Below are positions 1 through 7,254 of a stretch of 37,926 nt of DNA, in pieces (the first letter of the stretch is position 1; every line of letters begins with the position of its first letter). This DNA comes from a virus. The DNA lies in IMG/VR virus record IMGVR_UViG_3300036791_001337, positions 1-37,926 of that record; one strand, written 5' to 3'. The translations under genes and the position numbers were made by a program. Below the pieces are notes generated by a model. That model did not search any database and had not been told where the DNA came from. It was given only the letters and a program-made list of their open reading frames with translations.

Positions 1-127
1 GGGTCGCCGGCGCCGGCGATCTGCTTTAAGACGATATTGGGGAGCGGCGTGGCTTCGGGCATTTGAGTCGGAAAGATCGCACTGGTGCCGTCGGGGAGCT
101 GGGCGACAATCGCGGTGATGCTACTCG
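1..127. repeat. Left copy of the 127-bp terminal overlap (identical to 37800-37926)
   Basis: Base-by-base comparison of the two window ends shows 127/127 identity. Confidence 0.97.
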
Positions 128-164
128 TCGTCGAGAGCAATGTGTAAAGGCCTTCTCCGAGCAT
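1..164 (-). CDS. 5' part of the DUF3168-like tail terminator / tail completion gene; the full gene is join(37538..37799,1..164), 141 aa
   Basis: In-frame ATG at 164 lies just after the stop of the upstream gene at 166. It gives MLGEGLYTLLSTTSSITAIVAQLPDGTSAIFPTQMPEATPLPNIVLKQ..., the typical DUF3168 N-terminus. The reading frame continues across the circular junction. Confidence 0.7.
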   Translation of the reverse strand, partial: MLGEGLYTLLSTTSSITAIVAQLPDGTSAIFPTQMPEATPLPNIVLKQIAGAGD

Positions 165-165
165 A

Positions 166-405
166 TTAGAGTGCCAGCCGCTGGCCGGCATGTGTTTTGC
201 AGTTATGAATGTTGGGACCGATCTCGACTGCGCAGTTCTCGCACTGCCAGCGGTCGCAGGTGACCAACTTCCAATCACGGCGCATCGGAAAGTCGCATTG
301 GATGCTAGCGTGTGGTGCGCCGCAGGACTCACAGTGAGCCTCGCGCCTATGGCCGCCGCAAAGGATGGCCGTGGTGTTCCCGAATTTGACGACCGAGCAC
401 GCCAT
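166..405 (-). CDS. Small Cys-rich (9 Cys, two CxxC pairs) zinc-ribbon-like protein of unknown function
   Basis: 79-aa ORF packed between the gp10-like gene (stop 408) and the DUF3168 gene (start 164). It contains C25-x2-C28 and C55-x2-C58. Confidence 0.6.
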   Translation of the reverse strand: MACSVVKFGNTTAILCGGHRREAHCESCGAPHASIQCDFPMRRDWKLVTCDRWQCENCAVEIGPNIHNCKTHAGQRLAL

Positions 406-407
406 AC

Positions 408-878
408 CTATTTCACGGCCTCATTAAATCCCACTTTGGCGCCGTCAATGAATTGCTCCAGCGCGTCATCTTTCTTGGCCTCGAAACTCTGCCGGATGAA
501 AGGCTTCGCCGCCATCTTGCGCGTGCCGAATTCGAGAAAGCGCGCCACCATGGCCACAGTCACCGTCGAACCCCTGCCGCCGCGCTTCGGGATGCGGAGC
601 GGGTAGGCGTCTTTCGTCGGACCCACCGCGGCCGTGCCCGACAGTTCGTCGCCTCGAATGCTTACGCGCAGGCCGATGTGCGCGGCGAGATAGCCCTCCG
701 GCGCTCCGTAGAGCGCCTGGGCGATTCGCGGCGCGCGCAGCTCCATCTCGCGTTTCCAGACGTTAGCGGCGGCGCCCAGAGCGCGGCGTAGAATCCGGCG
801 CGCGAGCTTCAAGGGAAGCTCGTCGAGCTTCTGCTGCAGCTCCTTCAGGCCTTCGACTTTCAGGGTGATACCGTCCAT
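408..878 (-). CDS. HK97 gp10-family head-tail / tail completion protein
   Basis: Starting from internal ATG 878 (MDGITLKVEGLKELQQKLDELP...) and ending ...ARFLEFGTRKMAAKPFIRQSF..., which matches the gp10-family signature. The longer 234-aa ORF would overlap the plus-strand gene 963-1157. Confidence 0.75.
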   Translation of the reverse strand: MDGITLKVEGLKELQQKLDELPLKLARRILRRALGAAANVWKREMELRAPRIAQALYGAPEGYLAAHIGLRVSIRGDELSGTAAVGPTKDAYPLRIPKRGGRGSTVTVAMVARFLEFGTRKMAAKPFIRQSFEAKKDDALEQFIDGAKVGFNEAVK

Positions 879-962
879 GCAATCGTCTTTCTTAGCACTC
901 GCTCGCAGGGTCAAAAAGGCCGATAATATAGGTGAGCGGCAACCAGCCGCAGGAGAAACGAA

Positions 963-1157
963 GTGACCAACAACCAACTCTTTTTCGCCCTCGCAGGATT
1001 GATGCTTGCAATCAATGGCCTGACGGCGGGTTTCCTCAAATACTACATCGACGCCAAAATCGACCCGGTCGGCGAGCGCGTCAATGAACTCGTGCAGTAC
1101 ATGATCCTGCACGAAGGCAAAATCGCCACCTTGGAAGAGCGCACCAAGAAGCTCTAG
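963..1157 (+). CDS. Small membrane protein (N-terminal TM helix plus C-terminal coiled coil), opposite-strand moron
   Basis: GTG start preceded by AGGAG with about 7 nt spacing. The segment LFFALAGLMLAINGLTAGFL is hydrophobic. It is the only plus-strand gene inside the minus-strand head-tail block. Confidence 0.55.
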   Translation: MTNNQLFFALAGLMLAINGLTAGFLKYYIDAKIDPVGERVNELVQYMILHEGKIATLEERTKKL

Positions 1158-1172
1158 CTCCGCCGAGCGCTT

Positions 1173-1188
1173 CTCCGCGCAAGCGGAG
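1173..1188 (+). terminator. Hairpin CTCCGC-GCAA-GCGGAG just downstream of the 963-1157 gene
   Basis: Perfect 6-bp stem with a GNRA-type tetraloop 16 nt after the stop codon. There is no U-tract. Confidence 0.3.
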
Positions 1189-1238
1189 CGTCCGGCGTGG
1201 TCGCCGGGGCCGCTACGTAACGCGGCGATCCTCCTACG

Positions 1239-1610
1239 TCACGTTCCTAACTGCGAAGCCACGCGCTCGATGCAGAGCAGCATCAGCATGTGCCGGATTC
1301 CGTCCGGATTCTCCACCGCCTGGATCTGAAAGAACTGATCGTACTCAGCCCCACCGCTCGTCGGCCATTGAATGTTCTGCTGCGGCACGATGCCCGGCAT
1401 CCAGCGCAGCCGGATGCGATGCGTGACTTGCGAAACTTTCGTCTGCGCGCTTAGCAGCTCGCGGCCGGACAGGGTCTCGATCGAGGCGGGCACGTGCGAG
1501 GCGAAGACGGTCGATTGATTGATCTGGTAGCCTCCAAAGCTATCGCGAGCCAGACTCAGCGCCATGATGTTCACGCGGTGGCGCAGCTTGCCGGCTTCAA
1601 GGATGGGCAA
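1239..1610 (-). CDS. Head-tail joining / head closure protein (Phage_H_T_join, SPP1 gp16-like)
   Basis: GKLRHRVNI...ETLSGRELLSAQTKVSQVTHRIRLRW...IQAVENP... matches the family pattern. It sits between the connector and the gp10-like gene. Confidence 0.75.
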   Translation of the reverse strand: MPILEAGKLRHRVNIMALSLARDSFGGYQINQSTVFASHVPASIETLSGRELLSAQTKVSQVTHRIRLRWMPGIVPQQNIQWPTSGGAEYDQFFQIQAVENPDGIRHMLMLLCIERVASQLGT

Positions 1611-1613
1611 CGT

Positions 1614-2498
1614 TTATCCTCGCGTGGGCGCGAGATCGAGCACCCGCAGATTCCAGAGCAGGTCCTGCACATGGCCCGGGATCTCGCGCAGATCCACCGG
1701 TGAGACTGCCTCGCGATGCTCGTACCAGGACCCCACCGTGTGCAGGATTCCCACCTTGGCAAGCATGGGCACCGCGGTGCCGTCGTTTCCATAGCCGGAG
1801 GTGTAGTGGATCTGCACGGCATTCGGCACGTAGAGGACGGAAGGCCAATTCTGGCCGGCGAGCGGAAAAATGCGCGGCGGCTCGCTGTCGCCGTCGTAAA
1901 TGAAATCGCCTGCCGGCGCCGGCCCTTCACAGGTGAGTGTGAGATCACCCCAGGTCGTCTGATCCCCAGGATTCGTCCCCCAACTCAAAGGGAAGGTCGA
2001 ACCCGATAAGCCCGTGCCGGTGCTGACCTCATAGACGAGCTGCAGGTTGCCGTTCGGGTCCTCGAACTCCTCGCCGATTGTGTATTTCCTATTAATCTGC
2101 GCGCCGAAGGGTTCGGGCAGGAGATCGTGCCACTGCGAATCGCCGCTCGAGAGGTAGGAGATCCGGTCGACCTCAACCAGGGGCGAGTAAAAGAGCTTGA
2201 TCATCTGGCTGTAATTCCAGAGCGTGGTCGAGTAGCGCGGCAGCGAGTAATAGGCTGGCGGATAAGCCATCTGGCTCATCATCGTGTCTGTGAAATAGGG
2301 GAACGAATCGAGCGACTGGCGATAGCCCTTATTGACCAGGCTCCGCGCCAGGAAGGCCTCGACGCCTTCGCGCGCGGCCTGCAGGTAGAGCGCGATCAGG
2401 TCATCGTCATCTGTGATGACGACGCGCAAGTGGCTCTTACAGATGTCGAGCGTCACCGGCTCGACGAGCGGCGGTATCTCAACTTGAATGGCAGCCAT
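1614..2498 (-). CDS. gp6-like head-tail connector (DNA-packaging / QLRG-type) protein with an extended middle region
   Basis: The N-terminus VTLDICKSHLRVVITDDDDLIALYLQAAREGVEAFL and the C-terminus ...VQIHYTSGYG...WYEHREAV are typical of gp6-like connectors. At 294 aa it is long for the family. Confidence 0.7.
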   Translation of the reverse strand: MAAIQVEIPPLVEPVTLDICKSHLRVVITDDDDLIALYLQAAREGVEAFLARSLVNKGYRQSLDSFPYFTDTMMSQMAYPPAYYSLPRYSTTLWNYSQMIKLFYSPLVEVDRISYLSSGDSQWHDLLPEPFGAQINRKYTIGEEFEDPNGNLQLVYEVSTGTGLSGSTFPLSWGTNPGDQTTWGDLTLTCEGPAPAGDFIYDGDSEPPRIFPLAGQNWPSVLYVPNAVQIHYTSGYGNDGTAVPMLAKVGILHTVGSWYEHREAVSPVDLREIPGHVQDLLWNLRVLDLAPTRG

Positions 2499-2532
2499 GG
2501 TGGGGGTTTAACCGTAGTGTAAAGATGCTGGA

Positions 2533-3303
2533 CTAGCCTATAGTTGTGAACGAGGGCATATGAACTGCCGGCTCTGCGGCAAAATCGTCGAGGTCGTCGA
2601 GTGGCTCGATCAGCTCGGGCTCTGCGGGAGCTGCTCGCCGGGGTACATCCCGGTCTGCGATTGCTTCGATCGCCTGGTCCCTCTGATACAAGAGCCGGAT
2701 GCTGGCCGCGTCGCACTTATGCAAGGTGAGAAAACCGGGCGGAGCGATTTCGATGTTGCGCGGCGGTCCCGGATAGCCCGGCACATAACGTGCGTCGTGC
2801 ACCGGAATGATGCCCTGAAGTCCTAAAGTCTTTCCCACCGCGCAGTCTTCCGCGAATTCGCCTGTCAGCAGGTGGTCGGCCACGATCGCGATCGCGCGCC
2901 GCGAGAGCCAGTAGCCGGCCCCGCCCTGGGCATAAGCGTAAATCAGGCCCGGTCCAGGGCCGTTACTCCAGCGCCCATCGCAGAAGCCTGAATAATCCGC
3001 AGTCGAGAAGTTGCTCGCCAGGAGCTGACGCGGCCGCACATAGGTGTCGTCGTCGCACTTGAACATCCAGTCGTAATCACGGGCGCGCGCCCACTTCGTG
3101 AGAGCGTGCGTCTTCGCGACCAGGGTGGCGTAAGTGTCCGGACATTCCAGAATCACTACATCCGGCTCCTTCGCAGTCCGAGGGAAGCCGAGAAAGTAGC
3201 GATAGTTCACGGCCGGCGGCAGGTCTCGCAGCCAGGTGTCGCGCTGCGCCTGGCGCAGATGCGCCCGCGCATGGCAGGAAGTGATGGCGATTAGAATCCT
3301 CAA
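2533..3303 (-). CDS. GT31 / Fringe-like glycosyltransferase
   Basis: Contains LRQAQRDTWL, WMFKCDDDTYV (DXD) and GGAGYWLSRRA motifs. The TTG start overlaps the upstream stop (TTGA). Confidence 0.65.
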   Translation of the reverse strand: MRILIAITSCHARAHLRQAQRDTWLRDLPPAVNYRYFLGFPRTAKEPDVVILECPDTYATLVAKTHALTKWARARDYDWMFKCDDDTYVRPRQLLASNFSTADYSGFCDGRWSNGPGPGLIYAYAQGGAGYWLSRRAIAIVADHLLTGEFAEDCAVGKTLGLQGIIPVHDARYVPGYPGPPRNIEIAPPGFLTLHKCDAASIRLLYQRDQAIEAIADRDVPRRAAPAEPELIEPLDDLDDFAAEPAVHMPSFTTIG

Positions 3304-3938
3304 GTTCGGAAGAACTTTTTAAACTCTGCTGGCGGCATCAAATGCGGCCTGTGCGCCGCGATCACCTCGGGACGCCAGATGGCCTCAGCCTCGCCGAGGT
3401 CGTAAAGCGCCAGAGTGTCGCGAGCAAAAAGATAGTCGCCTTCATAGGATCGGCCCCAGCCGCCGAGTTTCCCGAGCATGTTGGGCCAGGCGCCGCAGGC
3501 GGTGTCGAAATCGCCGCAGACCAGGCGCGGCCCGGAAGGCGCGATCTGGCCGTTCAGGAAGCGCACCTTGAAGATCACCGGTCGGCCACAAAACTGCTCA
3601 GCCGCGCCGCGCATGGCCCGGAAGGCGCCCGGTAGCATGACGTTGTCGTCGTCCTGAAAGACGATGTAATCGCCGCGCGCATGCCGGATCCCGAAATTGC
3701 GCTGCGTGTTGCCGAAGCAGTGGTCAAGCGGTCCCTCGAGATAACGGAAGGGCTGACCGAAGCATTCCTGATTGATCGACTTCACGCACTTCGCGGCAGA
3801 CGGCTGCGGACCATCGCCCACCACCAGGACCTCATCGCCCGCGTTGCCGACGATTAGGTCTTGGCGCGCAATCGAGTCGAGCATTCTGGTCAGCGTCGGC
3901 CGGCCCAGCGTCGCGATGATGACGCTCAGGGTAATCAC
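3300..3938 (-). CDS. GT2-family glycosyltransferase
   Basis: LSVIIATLGRPTLTRMLDSIARQ... and YIVFQDDDNV (DXD). I place the start at GTG 3938 (AAGG 6 nt upstream), which overlaps the GT32 stop as GTGA. The 311-aa ORF-track version would overlap GT32 by 300 nt. Confidence 0.7.
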   Translation of the reverse strand: MITLSVIIATLGRPTLTRMLDSIARQDLIVGNAGDEVLVVGDGPQPSAAKCVKSINQECFGQPFRYLEGPLDHCFGNTQRNFGIRHARGDYIVFQDDDNVMLPGAFRAMRGAAEQFCGRPVIFKVRFLNGQIAPSGPRLVCGDFDTACGAWPNMLGKLGGWGRSYEGDYLFARDTLALYDLGEAEAIWRPEVIAAHRPHLMPPAEFKKFFRT

Positions 3939-4642
3939 AAATACCTTCGCTTCAGTTGCTCGTAGAGGGACTCCGGCGGATAGGTCCCGTCGCGGTCCGC
4001 TTTGCCAAGCGCCCACATCGCGCCCCATAATTGCACCGCCGCGGCCTCCGGATGCAGCCTGGGCGCCGCCGGCGCAACCACGTCGCGCCAGCGATGCCAA
4101 TCGATAGGGCAGAAACGAAAGACGGGCTGCAGGTGCCGGCGCAGAGCAAAACGCCCGATCGCGGAGGCGACCAGGTCCGGACCATGCCCCGTATAACTCG
4201 CCTGTTGTTTGCCGGCGCAGAACTCGTGCATCCAAAGCGCGGCGGGAGCTCCGGCCGGCACGCGCGCGACGCCGCTCGTCGGGATCTCGACTCTGCCCTG
4301 GGCCTGGCTGGCGAAAACGTACTCACTCGCAAATTCGAAAGGCTTCAGCGCCATGACGTCGAGGTCGCACCACCACCCGCCGCGATCGAAGAGCAGTTTC
4401 CAGCGGAAGAGATCGCTGAAGCCGGCGTAATAGTCGCGGAACTTGAAGATGCGATCGCAGGGAATGATCGCGGCCGCGTCCTCGAGCACCACATCAGGTG
4501 GTGTGCCGTCCGGCTCGCTGTCATAGCAGTAGAGGTGATACTCGTGCCCCTGGGCTTGAAAAGAGCGGATCGATAGCCGCTCCATCGTGGATAGGCGCGG
4601 CCCGATCCAGAGGCCCTGGATCAAATCTCGGACCAATTTCAC
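3935..4642 (-). CDS. GT32-like glycosyltransferase (Gly_transf_sug DXD type, Och1/A4GALT-like)
   Basis: LWIGPRLSTMERLSIRSFQAQGHEYHLY... and FSDLFRWKLLFDRGGWWCDLDV. The GTG start overlaps the stop of the 74-aa ORF (GTGA). Confidence 0.65.
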   Translation of the reverse strand: MKLVRDLIQGLWIGPRLSTMERLSIRSFQAQGHEYHLYCYDSEPDGTPPDVVLEDAAAIIPCDRIFKFRDYYAGFSDLFRWKLLFDRGGWWCDLDVMALKPFEFASEYVFASQAQGRVEIPTSGVARVPAGAPAALWMHEFCAGKQQASYTGHGPDLVASAIGRFALRRHLQPVFRFCPIDWHRWRDVVAPAAPRLHPEAAAVQLWGAMWALGKADRDGTYPPESLYEQLKRRYL

Positions 4643-4863
4643 CGCTTGCGTTTCGGCGGATGTTGCGCGGCAGTCACGGCGCGCTCGCGCGCCGGTTCGA
4701 GGGCGGTGGTTTCGGCGCCCTGGCGGCCAGGGATGACCGCGCGGCCAAGTTCAGTGTCGAAGAGTTCGGCGGTTCCGAGGCCGAGGCGCGTCCGGGCGGC
4801 GGCGCAGTGCGCGTCAATCATTTGGCCGAAGCCTGGTCCGGCAATGATGCGGGCTACAAGCAT
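4639..4863 (-). CDS. 74-aa ORFan, first gene of the glycosyltransferase operon
   Basis: ATG preceded by GGAGGAGG with 7 nt spacing. Its stop overlaps the GT32 start. Confidence 0.55.
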   Translation of the reverse strand: MLVARIIAGPGFGQMIDAHCAAARTRLGLGTAELFDTELGRAVIPGRQGAETTALEPARERAVTAAQHPPKRKR

Positions 4864-4974
4864 AAGCTAACCTCCTCCGGGGGGACAGGAGTCGAGGACC
4901 GGGAAGCCGAAGGGGGGTTCGTTCCCCGGCCCTCTTTCTCCCGCTCTAAGGAGCTAACGAACAGCACAAGTCTA

Positions 4975-5709
4975 CTACGCATTGAACGAATCTTTCGCCA
5001 CCGTGACCGGGCCGAGACGTTCCCAGTCGTCCGGGTTCTTGAAATGATCGGATATGGCTCGAAGCCAGCCGCCATTTTCAAGAGTGAGTTCGAGGCCGAG
5101 TAATCGCGCCGCGCGCTCCGGCGCGCACTTCAACCACCATTCTGCATAGGTGTAGCGGTTCCCTTTGGACCAGTTGCAGCGTTTGCAGCAAACGACCAGG
5201 TTCTGTTTGAAGTAGCCCTGAGCATTGTCTTTCCGGTCGAGGTTATAGCGGGACCGGATGCCGACGCCGCGAGCGTTGTATTCGGCCCACGTGATGGGCG
5301 CATGACAGTAATGGCACTGATGGATGCACGTGAACTTCAGGAATTCTTCGTACGTCAGAGAAAAGACATGGCCTGCCTGCTGACACCTCAATCGGGTTCC
5401 GTTATAGAGAGCTTCATAGGGACGCAGGCGAAGATCCGGACGTTCCAGGCACTTGCGGCAGGTTCGGACTTTGAACTGGCCGCGAGTGAGTTCATTAGCA
5501 CCAAACCACCGTGTTGCACCGCACGTGTGCCGGGCCAGCCAGATTTTGCCGTGGTGATGGAAGCGCTTCGCCTCTATGGTCCAACCGCTGAAGGTCTTGC
5601 CTATCAGCGAACCGAGCCGGCTGGGTGATTGCCGAGAACTCCGGAGCCGGCCGGGGCGCGAATTTCGGTACCTCGGCCGGCCGGGAAAGTCAAATAAGTC
5701 TAGTTGCAT
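4975..5709 (-). CDS. HNH-family (homing-type) endonuclease
   Basis: CHYCHAPI...YNLDRKDNAQGYFKQNLVVCCKRCNWSKG is the LDRxDN...N...CxxCNxxK HNH motif. Confidence 0.7.
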   Translation of the reverse strand: MQLDLFDFPGRPRYRNSRPGRLRSSRQSPSRLGSLIGKTFSGWTIEAKRFHHHGKIWLARHTCGATRWFGANELTRGQFKVRTCRKCLERPDLRLRPYEALYNGTRLRCQQAGHVFSLTYEEFLKFTCIHQCHYCHAPITWAEYNARGVGIRSRYNLDRKDNAQGYFKQNLVVCCKRCNWSKGNRYTYAEWWLKCAPERAARLLGLELTLENGGWLRAISDHFKNPDDWERLGPVTVAKDSFNA

Positions 5710-5728
5710 TGTCTAATTATGGGAAAGC

Positions 5729-7078
5729 CTACGCCGCGGCTTGCACCAGGTATTTGATGGGATGGGTGCCAGCGTCCAGGAGGTTTCCATCGTATCTCGC
5801 GAATCCGATGAAGGCCACCTGTCCGAAGTCAGCGAATCTCTCTACGAGCCTCAGCACCGCGAGTTCCTTCACGCGCCGGATGAGGTATTTATCCAGCGGT
5901 CCGAACGCGACCGAGTGGGCGTTGAGCGCGATCGCGGCCATGTCATTGTTGATGGAGTACTCGTAGCCGAGGATGGTGTCAGGCGCGTTTGAGGAAACCC
6001 CCGGCACCCACAAGGGACGCCCGTATTTGTCGAGCAGTTCCTTGATTTTCCGCAGCGTCGAATCGTGGCACATGTACTTCGCCCCGCGCCGATAGAGCGG
6101 GTCGATGGAGTGCTCGAGCTCGACCAGGTCGATGTAACCGATGGAAGTGCCGCCGGTTTCAGTGCCGCCCGTATTGCCCGACGAGCCGACGGCGGTCGGG
6201 CCGGCGGCTGCGGCCGTCATAATGCCCGTCGGTTCCGTCGTGCCCACACCCACCGTAAATTTAGTGTTCAGGATGCGGCCCAATCGCACGGCAAATTTCT
6301 GCTTCAGATAGGACTCCATGTCAAAGGCCGAATCCTGAAGCAGTTCCAGGGAGACCTTCACCATTTTGGTGGAAAATTTGAAGGCCCCGAAAACGACGTG
6401 ACCGATGGAGACATCGGCGTTCGTGACCTGAATACCTTCGCCCACCAGCTCGCCGGTGTTGGTCGTATCGTTGTCAGTCGGGTAGGGCAGCGGCTGCCCG
6501 GTGGCGGTGTCCAGAATGGTGGCGACGCCGAGCATGTTGCCGTAGTACTTCAGGGCCTGCTCGATGTCATAGACGAACCCCTGCGGGACGAAGAAGCCGC
6601 CGAGGTTGCCGGTACCGACGCCCATGTCCCTGAACTCCTGGAGGATGGCGCGGTTTTCCGGCTTCATGTCGTTTAGACCGTTGCGGAGGTAGTCGCGAAA
6701 CGCGGTGCGGTGTTTGCGGTCGCGTTCGATGAAAGCCGCCATCTGTGTTCGTTCGGATGCGGCGAGCGAATCCTCGCCCTTTTCAACATATCGCCGCACC
6801 ATTTGCAGATGGCGGTCAGGATCGGTGTCAGCGGCGCGACTGATTGCGGCGCCGGGTTGGGATTCGGGCGGCTTCTCCGTCCGGGTAACTTCGGATTCGG
6901 CGGCGGCGGCGCGTTCGATGCGGTCAATATCCGTCTTCAGTTCGTCGGCCTCGGTCATCATGGCGTCGAACTTCACGCGGGTTTCGCCGCTGAGCTTCTG
7001 GCCGTCCTGTGGAATGAGGGCTTGCGCGTCGGCGACCAGCTTGGCTCGCTTCTCGCGCAGTTCCCGTGCTTTAGACAT
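5729..7078 (-). CDS. Major capsid protein, HK97 family, with an N-terminal coiled-coil delta/scaffold domain
   Basis: The N-terminus MSKARELREKRAKLVADAQAL... is predicted coiled coil. It contains the GNLGGFFVPQGF motif, is 449 aa long and lies directly downstream of the prohead protease. Confidence 0.9.
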   Translation of the reverse strand: MSKARELREKRAKLVADAQALIPQDGQKLSGETRVKFDAMMTEADELKTDIDRIERAAAAESEVTRTEKPPESQPGAAISRAADTDPDRHLQMVRRYVEKGEDSLAASERTQMAAFIERDRKHRTAFRDYLRNGLNDMKPENRAILQEFRDMGVGTGNLGGFFVPQGFVYDIEQALKYYGNMLGVATILDTATGQPLPYPTDNDTTNTGELVGEGIQVTNADVSIGHVVFGAFKFSTKMVKVSLELLQDSAFDMESYLKQKFAVRLGRILNTKFTVGVGTTEPTGIMTAAAAGPTAVGSSGNTGGTETGGTSIGYIDLVELEHSIDPLYRRGAKYMCHDSTLRKIKELLDKYGRPLWVPGVSSNAPDTILGYEYSINNDMAAIALNAHSVAFGPLDKYLIRRVKELAVLRLVERFADFGQVAFIGFARYDGNLLDAGTHPIKYLVQAAA

Positions 7079-7254
7079 CGGCGTTTCTCCTGTTCAGTTT
7101 TGGATTCGAAGCCGCGCCGGGGCCTCGCCGTCGCGCATCGTTTCCCCCACCGGCCGGGGCGAGGGGTCAAGCAAAACCTTTGGGAATCTCGGAAGTGAAG
7201 AAGTCAAGTACCTCTTCACTTTGTGCATGCCAATGCTTAGGCGCTTTTGCATTC

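Noticed and set aside
1-127. Terminal repeat as a biological direct terminal repeat, LTR or IS end
   Set aside because: It lies within an essential tail gene reading frame that is only intact when circularised. There are no flanking target duplications and no transposase.
879-1112. N-terminal 78 codons of the 234-aa ORF-track version of the gp10-like gene
   Set aside because: The gp10-family homology starts at ATG 878. The extension would run antisense through the plus-strand membrane-protein gene 963-1157.
3939-4235. N-terminal 99 codons of the 311-aa ORF-track version of the GT2 gene
   Set aside because: This extension overlaps the GT32 gene by about 300 nt and is Arg/Gly/Ala-rich. The GT2 fold begins right after GTG 3938, which forms a GTGA coupling with the GT32 stop.
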